Shown here: piece after piece, positions 27,272 to 35,838 of the stretch
How positions within the stretch are numbered: position 1 is the first letter of the stretch
How the letters are laid out: each line of letters starts with the position of its first letter
NCBI GenBank assembly: GCA_964551965.1
Contig: CAZKFB010000002.1
Span: forward strand, 1,457 to 65,456
Direction of reading: 5' to 3'
Length of the DNA stretch: 64,000 bases
Source of the DNA: an uncultured Muribaculaceae bacterium
Lineage (GTDB): Bacteria; Bacillota_I; Bacilli_A; RF39; UBA660
The notes under the pieces: generated by a model
Told to the model about the DNA's origin: nothing
What the model saw: the letters and a program-made list of their open reading frames with translations, nothing else
Database searches by the model: none
Made by a program: the position numbers and the translations under genes

Positions 27272-29857
27272 ATGGAAGCATATAATAAAGATATAAAAGA
27301 AGTATTAAAATCTTTAGATTCTAATCTTGAAGGCATTTCAAGTAAAGAGGCCGAAAAGAGAATTAATGCTTATGGAGAAAATATTATTGAAGAAGCTAAG
27401 AAAAAATCTAAATTAAGAAGATTCTTAGATCAGTTTAATGATATGATGATTATTATCTTGATTATTGTTGCTATCATTATGGGAGTTTATGGAGCTTTAG
27501 TTAGCCATGACTATACAGATACTATTGTAATCACGGTAGTTGTTTTAATAAATGCTGTAATGGGTTTTATTCAAGAAGAAAAGGCTGAAGTTACATTGGA
27601 AGGATTAAAAAAATATGCTACTTCAACTTGTAAGATTAAAAGAGATGGGAAAGTAACTATTATTGATTCAAAATACATAGTTCCTGGCGACATCATCATT
27701 TTAGAAGCCGGAGATAAGATACCTGCTGATGCAAGAATAATTAGCGAAAGTAATTTATCAGTAGATGAATCTCCATTAACGGGAGAATCAGTACCGGTAA
27801 AAAAACAAACAAAAGCATTAAAGGGAAAACTTCAAATACAAGATCAATTTAATATGTTATTTTGCGGATGTAATATTACTAATGGGCGTGCCGAAGCTAT
27901 TATTGTTCGTACGGGAATGCTAACAGAACTTGGTAAGATTGCTGTCTCTTTAAATACACCTTATGAAGTTATGACTCCATTGCAAATAAAAATTAAAGAA
28001 TTAAGTAAAAATCTTACTATTCTAATATTTATAATCTTGTTGTTTATGTTTATTTATGGAGTAGTAAATGATTATAAATTAATGGAGATAGTAATGCTAT
28101 GTGTATCTCTTGCAGTTGCAGCAATACCTGAAGGACTTCCGGCGGTAATTACTATTGCCTTATCAGGAGGAGCTCAAGCATTAGCTAAAAAGAATACGAT
28201 TGTTAGACAAATGAATGCTGTTGAAACTTTAGGATCAACAGATATAATATGTTCAGATAAAACAGGAACTATTACTCAAAATAAGATGAAAATAAAAAAG
28301 ACTATTGTCTATAGCGATAATATGTTTGAGTATATATGTGGACTTGCTAATGATACAATTATCGATGGTGATAATTTAATTGGTGATCCAACAGAAACTT
28401 GTTTAATTGACTATTTAAAAGATAAACATATTGATCCAATTAAGATGATTGAAAAACATCCAAGGATTGTAGATGCCCCTTTTGATAGTGAACGAAAAAT
28501 GATGTCAACTGTTAATGAAATAAATGGAAAAAGATATTTATTAGTTAAAGGTAGTTTAGATAGTATCTTGGATAGATGCAGTTATATAGATAATCGAGGT
28601 AAGAAAGCTAAATTATCTAGTTCTTTAAAGAAAGAAATCGATGCTGATGAAAAAGAACTTGCAAATAATGCTCTTAGGGTTATTGGTTTCGCTTACAAAG
28701 AAGTTGATAAGAAAGTTTCTACTAGCGAATCTTGTTTAAAAAATGAAGATAATCTTATATATGCTGGTATGGTAGGAATTATTGATCCGCCTAGAGAAAA
28801 CGTTAAAGAATCAGTTAAAAAGTGTATTACAGCCGGAATTCGTCCTGTTATGATTACTGGGGATTCATTAATTACAGCTTGTGCTATCGCTAAGGAAGTT
28901 GGAATAATAAAATCAAATGATGAAGGAATATTAGGATCTGAACTAGATAAATATACTGATGAAGAACTAGTTAAAGTAATTGACAAATATAATGTCTATG
29001 CTCGTGTAAGCCCAGAACATAAGAGAAGAATAGTAGCTGCTTGGCAAGAGAGAGGTAAGGTTGTTGCTATGACAGGCGATGGAGTAAATGATGCTCCAGC
29101 TATTAAAGATGCTCATGTAGGTGTTGGAATGGGAATCACGGGAACTGAAGTAACTAAATCCGTTGCCGATGTTATTTTACTTGATGATTCTTTTGCTACA
29201 ATTGTCGATTCTGTTGAAGAAGGAAGAAGAATATTTTCTAATATTAGAAATAATGTTGTCTATAGTTTATCTAGTAACTTTGCCGAATTATTCTCAGTTC
29301 TAATCGGAATGTTTACTGGTCATACAATTCTTTTGCCAATTCATATTTTATTTATTGACTTAGTAACGGATTCAATTCCAAGCATATGTTTATCTTTTGA
29401 ACATTCCGAGAAAGATATAATGAAGAAAAAACCGAGAGGTATCGATAAACCTTTATTTACTCCTTTTGTTATGGCATCAGTTATATCATCAGCAATCATT
29501 GAAACGGCTTTTGTTCTTATAACTTATTTTGTAGCTTTAAATAAATATGGAGTAGAAACAGCAGCATCTTTAGCATTGCTATCATTAGTAGTACAAGAAA
29601 TAGTTTATGCTTTCGTATGTCGTAATTTAAAAGAATTAGTATATAAACAAGGTTTATTTAAAAATAAGATTTTAAATTATGGTATACTAATACTATTAGT
29701 AATTGAAGCAATAGTGTTCTTAACACCGATTGGGTCATTTATTAGTATTGAAACATTACCGCTAAACATAATATTAAATGCCTTATTGTTTAATTTAATT
29801 GCATTCATTATTTATGAATTAATTAAGCCAATATTGAAAAGATTATTTAAAGATTAA
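27272..29857 (+). CDS. P-type Ca2+-transporting ATPase (YloB/PMCA-like)
   Basis: DKTGTITQN phosphorylation site, TGES, MITGD, MTGDGVNDAPAIK and 10 TM segments. The ATG at 27272 (MEAYNKD) is preferred over the track start at 27227. Confidence 0.9.
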   Translation: MEAYNKDIKEVLKSLDSNLEGISSKEAEKRINAYGENIIEEAKKKSKLRRFLDQFNDMMIIILIIVAIIMGVYGALVSHDYTDTIVITVVVLINAVMGFIQEEKAEVTLEGLKKYATSTCKIKRDGKVTIIDSKYIVPGDIIILEAGDKIPADARIISESNLSVDESPLTGESVPVKKQTKALKGKLQIQDQFNMLFCGCNITNGRAEAIIVRTGMLTELGKIAVSLNTPYEVMTPLQIKIKELSKNLTILIFIILLFMFIYGVVNDYKLMEIVMLCVSLAVAAIPEGLPAVITIALSGGAQALAKKNTIVRQMNAVETLGSTDIICSDKTGTITQNKMKIKKTIVYSDNMFEYICGLANDTIIDGDNLIGDPTETCLIDYLKDKHIDPIKMIEKHPRIVDAPFDSERKMMSTVNEINGKRYLLVKGSLDSILDRCSYIDNRGKKAKLSSSLKKEIDADEKELANNALRVIGFAYKEVDKKVSTSESCLKNEDNLIYAGMVGIIDPPRENVKESVKKCITAGIRPVMITGDSLITACAIAKEVGIIKSNDEGILGSELDKYTDEELVKVIDKYNVYARVSPEHKRRIVAAWQERGKVVAMTGDGVNDAPAIKDAHVGVGMGITGTEVTKSVADVILLDDSFATIVDSVEEGRRIFSNIRNNVVYSLSSNFAELFSVLIGMFTGHTILLPIHILFIDLVTDSIPSICLSFEHSEKDIMKKKPRGIDKPLFTPFVMASVISSAIIETAFVLITYFVALNKYGVETAASLALLSLVVQEIVYAFVCRNLKELVYKQGLFKNKILNYGILILLVIEAIVFLTPIGSFISIETLPLNIILNALLFNLIAFIIYELIKPILKRLFKD

Positions 29858-29863
29858 AAGTAC

Positions 29864-29891
29864 TTGACAATAATCATAAAATTGGTATAAT
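29864..29891 (+). promoter_or_regulatory. SigA promoter with extended -10 (TTGACA-16-TGgTATAAT)
   Basis: TTGACA at 29864-29869 and TGGTATAAT at 29883-29891. Confidence 0.7.
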
Positions 29892-29894
29892 ATT

Positions 29895-30030
29895 GTTGTT
29901 CTAAAAAGGAAAGAGATGTATCCACATCCACCTGATGGCGAGTAGTCATAGGTCATAAAGCCAAGAAATAATTTTTATAATAATATTATTGGGTTTTTAA
30001 GTGGATACATGGGTATTCACTTTTTATTAT
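29895..30030 (+). promoter_or_regulatory. Ribosomal protein L20 leader (infC operon attenuator)
   Basis: Position upstream of infC-rpmI-rplT. Long-range pairing of atgtatccac (about 29917) with gtggatacat (30001-30010), which competes with the terminator gtggata-catggg-tattcac plus T5 (30001-30025). This is the same logic as the Firmicute L20 leader. Confidence 0.7.
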
Positions 30031-30051
30031 ATTTAATGGAGGTGCGTTACA

Positions 30052-30591
30052 ATAGCAAACGTAAACAAAAAGAATGATGATTTACTTATCAACGACAGAA
30101 TTAAAGTTCCAGAACTAATGGTTATTGGACCTAATGGTGAACAAATGGGAACTAAGAAGCTTGATGATGCATTAACTATAGCAAATTTTGCTGGTCTAGA
30201 TTTAGTACTTATGAATCCAGGATCTGATCGACCTGTCGCTAAGATTATGGATTATAATAAGTATAAATATGAGAAAACAAAAAAAGCTAAGGAAGCATTA
30301 AAGAATCAAAGAGCAAACATGAGAGAAGTTAAGGAATATCAATTATCATCTAAGATTGATGTTGGAGATTTTGAAACTAGAAGAAAGAATGCTCAAAGTT
30401 ATCTTGAAAAAGGACACAAGATAAAAGTTACTATTCGTTTTAAAGGTCGTGAGATGGCTCATACGGAAAACGGAGAAGAAGTAATGAGAAGATTTGCTGA
30501 AGCTTTAAAAGATTATTCTGAAATTGAAAGTAATCCAAAACTTGAAGGACGTACTATGATAATGATGCTTGCACCAAAAAAAGAAAATTAG
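30052..30591 (+). CDS. infC: Translation initiation factor IF-3 (probable ATA start)
   Basis: The IF-3 N-terminal domain (LINDRIKVPELMVIGPNGEQMG) extends 22 codons upstream of the track ATG (30118). GGAGGTG lies 7 nt before ATA at 30052, and there is no in-frame ATG/GTG/TTG in the right place. Confidence 0.85.
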   Translation: MANVNKKNDDLLINDRIKVPELMVIGPNGEQMGTKKLDDALTIANFAGLDLVLMNPGSDRPVAKIMDYNKYKYEKTKKAKEALKNQRANMREVKEYQLSSKIDVGDFETRRKNAQSYLEKGHKIKVTIRFKGREMAHTENGEEVMRRFAEALKDYSEIESNPKLEGRTMIMMLAPKKEN

Positions 30592-30603
30592 GAGGAATTA
30601 TTT

Positions 30604-30792
30604 ATGCCAAAAATGAAAACACATCATGCTACTAAAAAAGTTTTAAAGAAACATAAGAGTGGCTTAATTACTTACAAAAAGAGTGGTGGAAATCACCAAA
30701 CTGCATTAGATACTAGTAAAGCAGTTAGAAAAAGAAGAAATAAAGGACAATTAGCGAAAGGAATAGCTGACAGATTAAAAAATGTCATCTAA
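30604..30792 (+). CDS. rpmI: 50S ribosomal protein L35
   Basis: MPKMKTH... N-terminus, a basic 62-aa protein, and the infC-rpmI-rplT gene order. Confidence 0.9.
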   Translation: MPKMKTHHATKKVLKKHKSGLITYKKSGGNHQTALDTSKAVRKRRNKGQLAKGIADRLKNVI

Positions 30793-30803
30793 GGTGATAG
30801 TAT

Positions 30804-31340
30804 ATGACAAGAGTTAAAGGTGGAACTGTTTCAAAAAACAGAAGAAGAAAAGTTTTAAAGAGTGCTAAAGGATATTTCGGAAGCAAACATAGATTATATA
30901 AAACTGCACAAGAACAAACTTTCCATAGTGGAGCTTATGCTTTTAGAGATAGAAAACAAAATAAGAGAAACTTCCGTAAATTATGGATTACAAGAATCAA
31001 TGCTGCATGCCGTATGAATGACATTAGCTATTCAAGATTCATTAATGGTCTTGCTAAAGCTGGTGTTGAAATCAACAGAAAGATGTTAAGTGAAGTAGCA
31101 ATTGATAATCCAACATTATTTGCATCATATGTTACTATTGCTAAAGATGCATTAAATGGAAAAGTAGCAACTTCAGCTGTTAAGAAAGTAAATGAAGAAG
31201 TTAAGGCTGCTGAACCTGAAAGTTCTGCAGATATCTCTAAATTAACAGTTGCCGAATTAAAGGAAATGGCTGCTTCAGCAGGAATTGAAGGATATACTTC
31301 AATGAAAAAAGCTGAATTAGTAAGTGCTTTAAGTAAGTAA
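30804..31340 (+). CDS. rplT: 50S ribosomal protein L20 with a roughly 60-aa C-terminal extension (Rho_N/SAP-like)
   Basis: Residues 1-118 are canonical L20 (MTRVKGG...KGYFGSKH...LWITRINAA...). Residues 147-176, [30 protein letters not shown], form a helix-extended-helix motif. Confidence 0.9.
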   Translation: MTRVKGGTVSKNRRRKVLKSAKGYFGSKHRLYKTAQEQTFHSGAYAFRDRKQNKRNFRKLWITRINAACRMNDISYSRFINGLAKAGVEINRKMLSEVAIDNPTLFASYVTIAKDALNGKVATSAVKKVNEEVKAAEPESSADISKLTVAELKEMAASAGIEGYTSMKKAELVSALSK

Positions 31341-31350
31341 TTTAAAAATT

Positions 31351-31371
31351 AGACCAGTTAATGGTCTTTTT
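31351..31371 (+). terminator. Rho-independent terminator
   Basis: agacca-gttaa-tggtct hairpin plus T-run. Confidence 0.7.
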
Positions 31372-31428
31372 ATTTGCCAAAAACTATTAGATATGCTAAT
31401 ATAGTTAGCAGTTTTAAGGGGGATTTAT

Positions 31429-32514
31429 ATGGTTGCTAATACGAGAAAGATGTATGAATTAAAGTTAACAATAGATGAAGTATTGAAATATGAAGATGAA
31501 TGCCTTCGTTTAGTTGAAGGCTTAGTTGAGATGCAAAGACTTGATTTAAATAAAGTTGATGAAATGAAAAAACTTACTGGAGGAGAAGAATTCTTAGACG
31601 GTTTTATATCACCAATTGATTCCGAAGAATTATTTCAAAATAGATATTTAACAGATATTAAAGTTGGAAGTAATAGAAATGAAAAGCTATTTTTATCTAA
31701 AAAGAGAATAATTAGACCAAATTATGTTGTATGTACGGGGCCGGATTCACGAGATGAAGATTTTATGCCAATTAGAAAATGGGGATATTTTGACCAAAAG
31801 GTAAGTTTACCAGCAATTTGGGAAAATGGTACTAGTGTATGTTGGATGACAGTTGAACCTTACGAAATAAATACTTTTGCTGAATTTGCATCATCAGCTA
31901 AAGGTAGAATTCTTTTAGGAGGATGTGGACTTGGATATATAGCTTATATGTTGTCCCTAAAAGATGAAGTATCAGAAATAACGATTGTTGAAAAAGATAA
32001 AAATGTAATAGATTTATTTGAGAATTCGATCTTACCTCAATTTGAAAACAAAGATAAGATAAAAATTGTTGAGGGAGATATAATAGAATATTTGAAAGTT
32101 GCTGACTTATCTCAATTTGATGAAGTAAATATTGATGTTTGGCGTGATTATGTAGATATGATTTATATATATTTACCATCATTAGTAGTTGAACATGATA
32201 ATCCTCAAGTCAAATTTTCTTATTGGTTAGAGGAAAACTTAAGATATCAAGTTGGTAAGTCAATATTAAAAGCATTCACGGAAAAGAGTGATCCAAACGA
32301 TATCTTAGATATAATTGGAAAATATATTCTAGATAATGCGGAAGTTAATAATGTAAATGATCTTAGAAATCTAATAAAATTAGATAATATGCGAGAACTA
32401 TTATATAGTTGGTATCTTGATAATGTTGAATTGACAGATAAATTAGGAGACAAAACAAGTAGAGAATTAGATAAATTTATGAAAATGTCTAGGAAAATAT
32501 TTCAAGGAAAATAA
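31429..32514 (+). CDS. Class I SAM-dependent methyltransferase-fold protein (spermidine-synthase-like), substrate unknown
   Basis: Motif I-like ILLGGCGLGYIAYML and an acidic motif II (EITIVEKDKNVIDLF). The 150-aa N-terminal region is unassigned. Confidence 0.55.
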   Translation: MVANTRKMYELKLTIDEVLKYEDECLRLVEGLVEMQRLDLNKVDEMKKLTGGEEFLDGFISPIDSEELFQNRYLTDIKVGSNRNEKLFLSKKRIIRPNYVVCTGPDSRDEDFMPIRKWGYFDQKVSLPAIWENGTSVCWMTVEPYEINTFAEFASSAKGRILLGGCGLGYIAYMLSLKDEVSEITIVEKDKNVIDLFENSILPQFENKDKIKIVEGDIIEYLKVADLSQFDEVNIDVWRDYVDMIYIYLPSLVVEHDNPQVKFSYWLEENLRYQVGKSILKAFTEKSDPNDILDIIGKYILDNAEVNNVNDLRNLIKLDNMRELLYSWYLDNVELTDKLGDKTSRELDKFMKMSRKIFQGK

Positions 32515-32540
32515 TTACTTTGTACAAGTAATTATTTTTT
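32511..32540 (+). terminator. Rho-independent terminator
   Basis: ataattactt-tgtac-aagtaattat hairpin plus T6. Confidence 0.7.
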
Positions 32541-32576
32541 AATTTACTAAAAAGTGTATAAATGACACAAAACATA

Positions 32577-32605
32577 TTGACAAGTGTAATAAAGACACAT
32601 ATAAT
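32577..32605 (+). promoter_or_regulatory. SigA promoter (TTGACA-17-TATAAT)
   Basis: Consensus -35 and -10 hexamers with a 17-nt spacer, 27 nt upstream of tdk. Confidence 0.7.
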
Positions 32606-32631
32606 TAAATTGTAAGGTGAGGAGTGATAGA

Positions 32632-33201
32632 ATGATACATACTTTTACTGGGCCGATGCACTCAGGAAAAAGTTTAGAACTGATTAATATCTATAAGAAA
32701 ATTTATCGAAAAGAATATGTTATGGCATTTAAACCAAGACAGGATAAAAGAGATTTAGATGAGATCAAATCTCATGAAACGGATTATTCAGTTCCGGCTA
32801 TTTATATTGATGATTTAAGTGAAATCAAAACACATATTAAAGGTAAAAATATTCATACAATATTAATTGATGAAGCAAATATGCTTACAGGAGATGTTCG
32901 TGAACTAGTTGATTTATCAGTAATTTGTGATATAGATTTCTATATTGCAGGATTAAATCAAAATGCATTACAACAACCATTCGGTATAATGGGTGACATC
33001 TTAGCTGTTTCTAATTCAGTAACCATTTTTCAAGGATTTTGTGATGAGTGTAATAAACCTGCTGAATACTCCTATTATATAGGAACAGAACCATTAGATA
33101 GAATTATTGCTGATGATAAAATGTATCGCGTTTTATGTGCTAAATGTCTGAAAAGAAAATTAGTCAGAGACATCAGAACTCAAAGGAGGGTTTTAAAATG
33201 A
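32632..33201 (+). CDS. tdk: Thymidine kinase
   Basis: The ATG at 32632 follows GGTGAGGAGTG. P-loop GPMHSGKS, IDEANM, and the C-terminal zinc ribbon CDECNKPAEYS...CAKC. Confidence 0.85.
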   Translation: MIHTFTGPMHSGKSLELINIYKKIYRKEYVMAFKPRQDKRDLDEIKSHETDYSVPAIYIDDLSEIKTHIKGKNIHTILIDEANMLTGDVRELVDLSVICDIDFYIAGLNQNALQQPFGIMGDILAVSNSVTIFQGFCDECNKPAEYSYYIGTEPLDRIIADDKMYRVLCAKCLKRKLVRDIRTQRRVLK

Positions 33202-33761
33202 TTTACTTAATGCGTCATGGTTTAGATGATGAAACTTTCATTGGCGGATGGAGTGATGTTGATTTAGTTAATGATGGTATTGAACAAGTGAAATCGACCG
33301 GAGAAAAACTAATAAGCAACAATATTGCTATTAATAGAATTATTACTTCTGATGTTAAAAGAGCAGTTACTACATCAAAGATAATTCAAAGTTTTTATCC
33401 GGGTATCCCAATCGAAGAATCTGAGTGTTTTAGAGAACAAAGTAAAGGGATCTTAAATGGTATGGAAAAAGAGATTGCCAAGGAATTATATCCGGAATAC
33501 TTTGATTCCATAACCGTCGATAAAGTATATGAAGGTGGTGAATCATTAAGAGATTTATATTATCGAATTAAAGAATATTTAGTTTATATTTTATCAATTG
33601 AAGATAACACTTTAATAATTACTCATCGAGGAGTAATCAATATGATATATTATCTTTTAAACAATATAGAATTAGATATGAATAAGGAAAGATTTGATGT
33701 TACTCATGCATCTGTTCATGAGTTAGATAAAGAAAAACGAATTATAAGGAAGGTGTTTTAA
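33198..33761 (+). CDS. Histidine phosphatase family protein (phosphoglycerate-mutase-like)
   Basis: The ATG at 33198 follows AAAGGAGGG (ATGA-type overlap with tdk). N-terminal LMRHG motif and a later THRGVI His. Confidence 0.75.
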   Translation: MIYLMRHGLDDETFIGGWSDVDLVNDGIEQVKSTGEKLISNNIAINRIITSDVKRAVTTSKIIQSFYPGIPIEESECFREQSKGILNGMEKEIAKELYPEYFDSITVDKVYEGGESLRDLYYRIKEYLVYILSIEDNTLIITHRGVINMIYYLLNNIELDMNKERFDVTHASVHELDKEKRIIRKVF

Positions 33762-33762
33762 T

Positions 33763-34905
33763 ATGTTAAAAGTTTGTTTGACAGGAGGACCAAGTACTGG
33801 TAAGACTTCAGTAATTAATGCAATAAATAAATATTTTTCAGGATTAGGATACAATGTTATCATTGCTCCCGAAACTGCTACTTCATTTATTTCTTCAGGA
33901 ATAAGACCTTTTGGAGATAATGCACTACCACCAATTGAATTTCAAAGATTAGTAATTCAAAATCAATTACATAATGAACATATTTGTGAGAAAGCTGCCG
34001 AAATCTTAGGTAGTGATAAAACTATCGTAATATGTGATCGTGGAGCTTTAGATGGTATTGCATATGTTAATGAACTAGAGTGGCAAGAAGTATTAGAGAA
34101 AGAAGGAGTACACCCTCGTGACTTACTAACTTCTTATGATGTAGTTCTTTATATGTTAGGTAGAAGTGAAATATTTACTACAGAAAATAATAAATCAAGA
34201 TATGAGAAATCAGCTGAAGAAGCATTAGAAAAAGGTAATAAAGTATTGAAATCATACTTAAGTCATGATAATCTAAGAGTGATACAACCTAGAGAAGATA
34301 TGAAAGATAAAGAACTTGAAGTAATCAATATCATAGCTAATATGTTGAAACTTCCTACAAGGATAAGAGAACAGCATAAATACTTGGTTAATGGAGTTGA
34401 TACAGCAAAGCTTGCTTCCTTAGCTTCGAAAGTTGTAATTACTCAAGATTACTTAAAGTGTGATGATGATACTGAATATCGTGTTAGAAAAGTTGAACAA
34501 AATGGCATTTATTCTTATCACTTTAGTGTAATCAAAAAAGGAGAAAATGGTATAAGAGAAATACTAACTGATGACGTTATAAGTGAAAGTGCTTATCGCA
34601 ACTTACTTTTAACTAAGTCAGATAATTCTGTATCATTAACGAAAACTCGTTATTCGTTTGTACATGATCAACAATACTTCAAATTAGATATCTTTGATGA
34701 TGATATGTGTATCTTAGAAGTTAATCTAACAAAAGAAAATCCTGACATATCAATACCAGAATTTGTGATTGCTGTTGAAGATGTAACAAATAACGATGAA
34801 TATAAAAATATTAACATTGCTAGAGGAAGGATGACAACTTATGGAAAAAGGGAAGATAATAGTAATAGAGGGCACAGATTGCTCAGGGAAGGAAACTCAA
34901 TCTAA
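33763..34905 (+). CDS. P-loop NTPase (AAA_28/NadR-kinase-like) fused to a CYTH-like domain
   Basis: CLTGGPSTGKTS Walker A motif. The C-terminal half starts EQHKYLV (degenerate ExExK) with EYRVRK and later beta-strand-like repeats typical of CYTH tunnels. The last 21 codons overlap the next gene. Confidence 0.55.
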   Translation: MLKVCLTGGPSTGKTSVINAINKYFSGLGYNVIIAPETATSFISSGIRPFGDNALPPIEFQRLVIQNQLHNEHICEKAAEILGSDKTIVICDRGALDGIAYVNELEWQEVLEKEGVHPRDLLTSYDVVLYMLGRSEIFTTENNKSRYEKSAEEALEKGNKVLKSYLSHDNLRVIQPREDMKDKELEVINIIANMLKLPTRIREQHKYLVNGVDTAKLASLASKVVITQDYLKCDDDTEYRVRKVEQNGIYSYHFSVIKKGENGIREILTDDVISESAYRNLLLTKSDNSVSLTKTRYSFVHDQQYFKLDIFDDDMCILEVNLTKENPDISIPEFVIAVEDVTNNDEYKNINIARGRMTTYGKREDNSNRGHRLLREGNSI

Positions 34906-35698
34906 ATTATTAATTGACAATTTACATGAAAGAGATGGCATTGATGCAGAATATATGTGTTATCCACGATATGATAGCCCAACAGGAAAAATAGTTGGTT
35001 TACCATATTTAGGAAAATCATATATTTCTGATCAAATGATTGAAGAAGCTATTGCTAGAGTTAAGAGTAAACATAGTACATTTAATGGAAGACTTGGATA
35101 TATAAGTAAAGTAATGGATGAATTAAGATTATTATTTCACCGTAGATTTATTAATAATCTAAAAACAGAGATGGGAATTGGTTGGTTCAAGGGAGGAGCT
35201 GACTCCGTAGACCCAAGAGTTGCAAGTTTATATTATGCAGCAGATAGATTAGCTCATCAACCAGAAATAGAATACTTAATTAATCAAGGTTGTAATGTCG
35301 TAATAGATCGATATGCATATTCTAATTCAGCTCACCAAGGTGGTAAAAAGACAACTCCGGAAGAGAGAAATGAAGTTTATGAATGGAATGCAAGATTAGA
35401 GTTCGAACTATTAGGATTATTACCAGCCGATTTAAAGTTATTCTTACATATGCCAACTGAATATGCTAATCTCATTAAGTTAAATAGACCGGAAAAATTA
35501 GATGAACATGAAAAGAATCCAGAACACTTATATCATGCTGAAAGAGCATATCTAGAACTAGTTAAAAAATATGAATTTGATACGATAGAATGTATTAGAA
35601 AAACACAAGAAAAACCTGTTATTTCTGACATTAAATCTAAACTTGAAATAAGCGAAGAAGTATATGATATAGTAAAAAGAAATTTAACCTTAAGATAA
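34841..35698 (+). CDS. tmk: Thymidylate kinase family protein with a roughly 70-aa insertion
   Basis: IVIEGTDCSGKETQ P-loop and the VIDRYAYSNSAHQG (DRY) motif. At 285 aa it is longer than a typical Tmk of about 210 aa. Confidence 0.65.
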   Translation: MEKGKIIVIEGTDCSGKETQSKLLIDNLHERDGIDAEYMCYPRYDSPTGKIVGLPYLGKSYISDQMIEEAIARVKSKHSTFNGRLGYISKVMDELRLLFHRRFINNLKTEMGIGWFKGGADSVDPRVASLYYAADRLAHQPEIEYLINQGCNVVIDRYAYSNSAHQGGKKTTPEERNEVYEWNARLEFELLGLLPADLKLFLHMPTEYANLIKLNRPEKLDEHEKNPEHLYHAERAYLELVKKYEFDTIECIRKTQEKPVISDIKSKLEISEEVYDIVKRNLTLR

Positions 35699-35721
35699 TT
35701 GTTTAACAATTATCTTTTTTT
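35693..35721 (+). terminator. Rho-independent terminator
   Basis: agataattg-tttaa-caattatct hairpin plus T7. Confidence 0.75.
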
Positions 35722-35743
35722 GTCAAAAGAAACCTCAATTTAC

Positions 35744-35772
35744 TTGCTAATTAATAACATATCTATTATAAT
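35744..35772 (+). promoter_or_regulatory. SigA-type promoter of the T4SS operon (TTGCTA-17-TATAAT)
   Basis: Hexamers at 35744-35749 and 35767-35772. The inverted repeat tatctct-ttat-agagata (35801-35818) lies between the promoter and the Shine-Dalgarno sequence. Confidence 0.55.
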
Positions 35773-35838
35773 TATAGTAGTGTATTATAGTCTAGCACAT
35801 TATCTCTTTATAGAGATATAGATTTGGGAGTGAACTAT

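Noticed and set aside
34841-34905. The 65-nt overlap between the AAA-CYTH gene and the tmk-like gene as evidence of a frameshifted fusion or pseudogene.
   Set aside because: The downstream gene has its own ATG directly before a complete P-loop N-terminus (MEKGKIIVIEGTDCSGK). The upstream protein's last 21 residues look like an unconserved tail. A simple overlap is the more economical reading.
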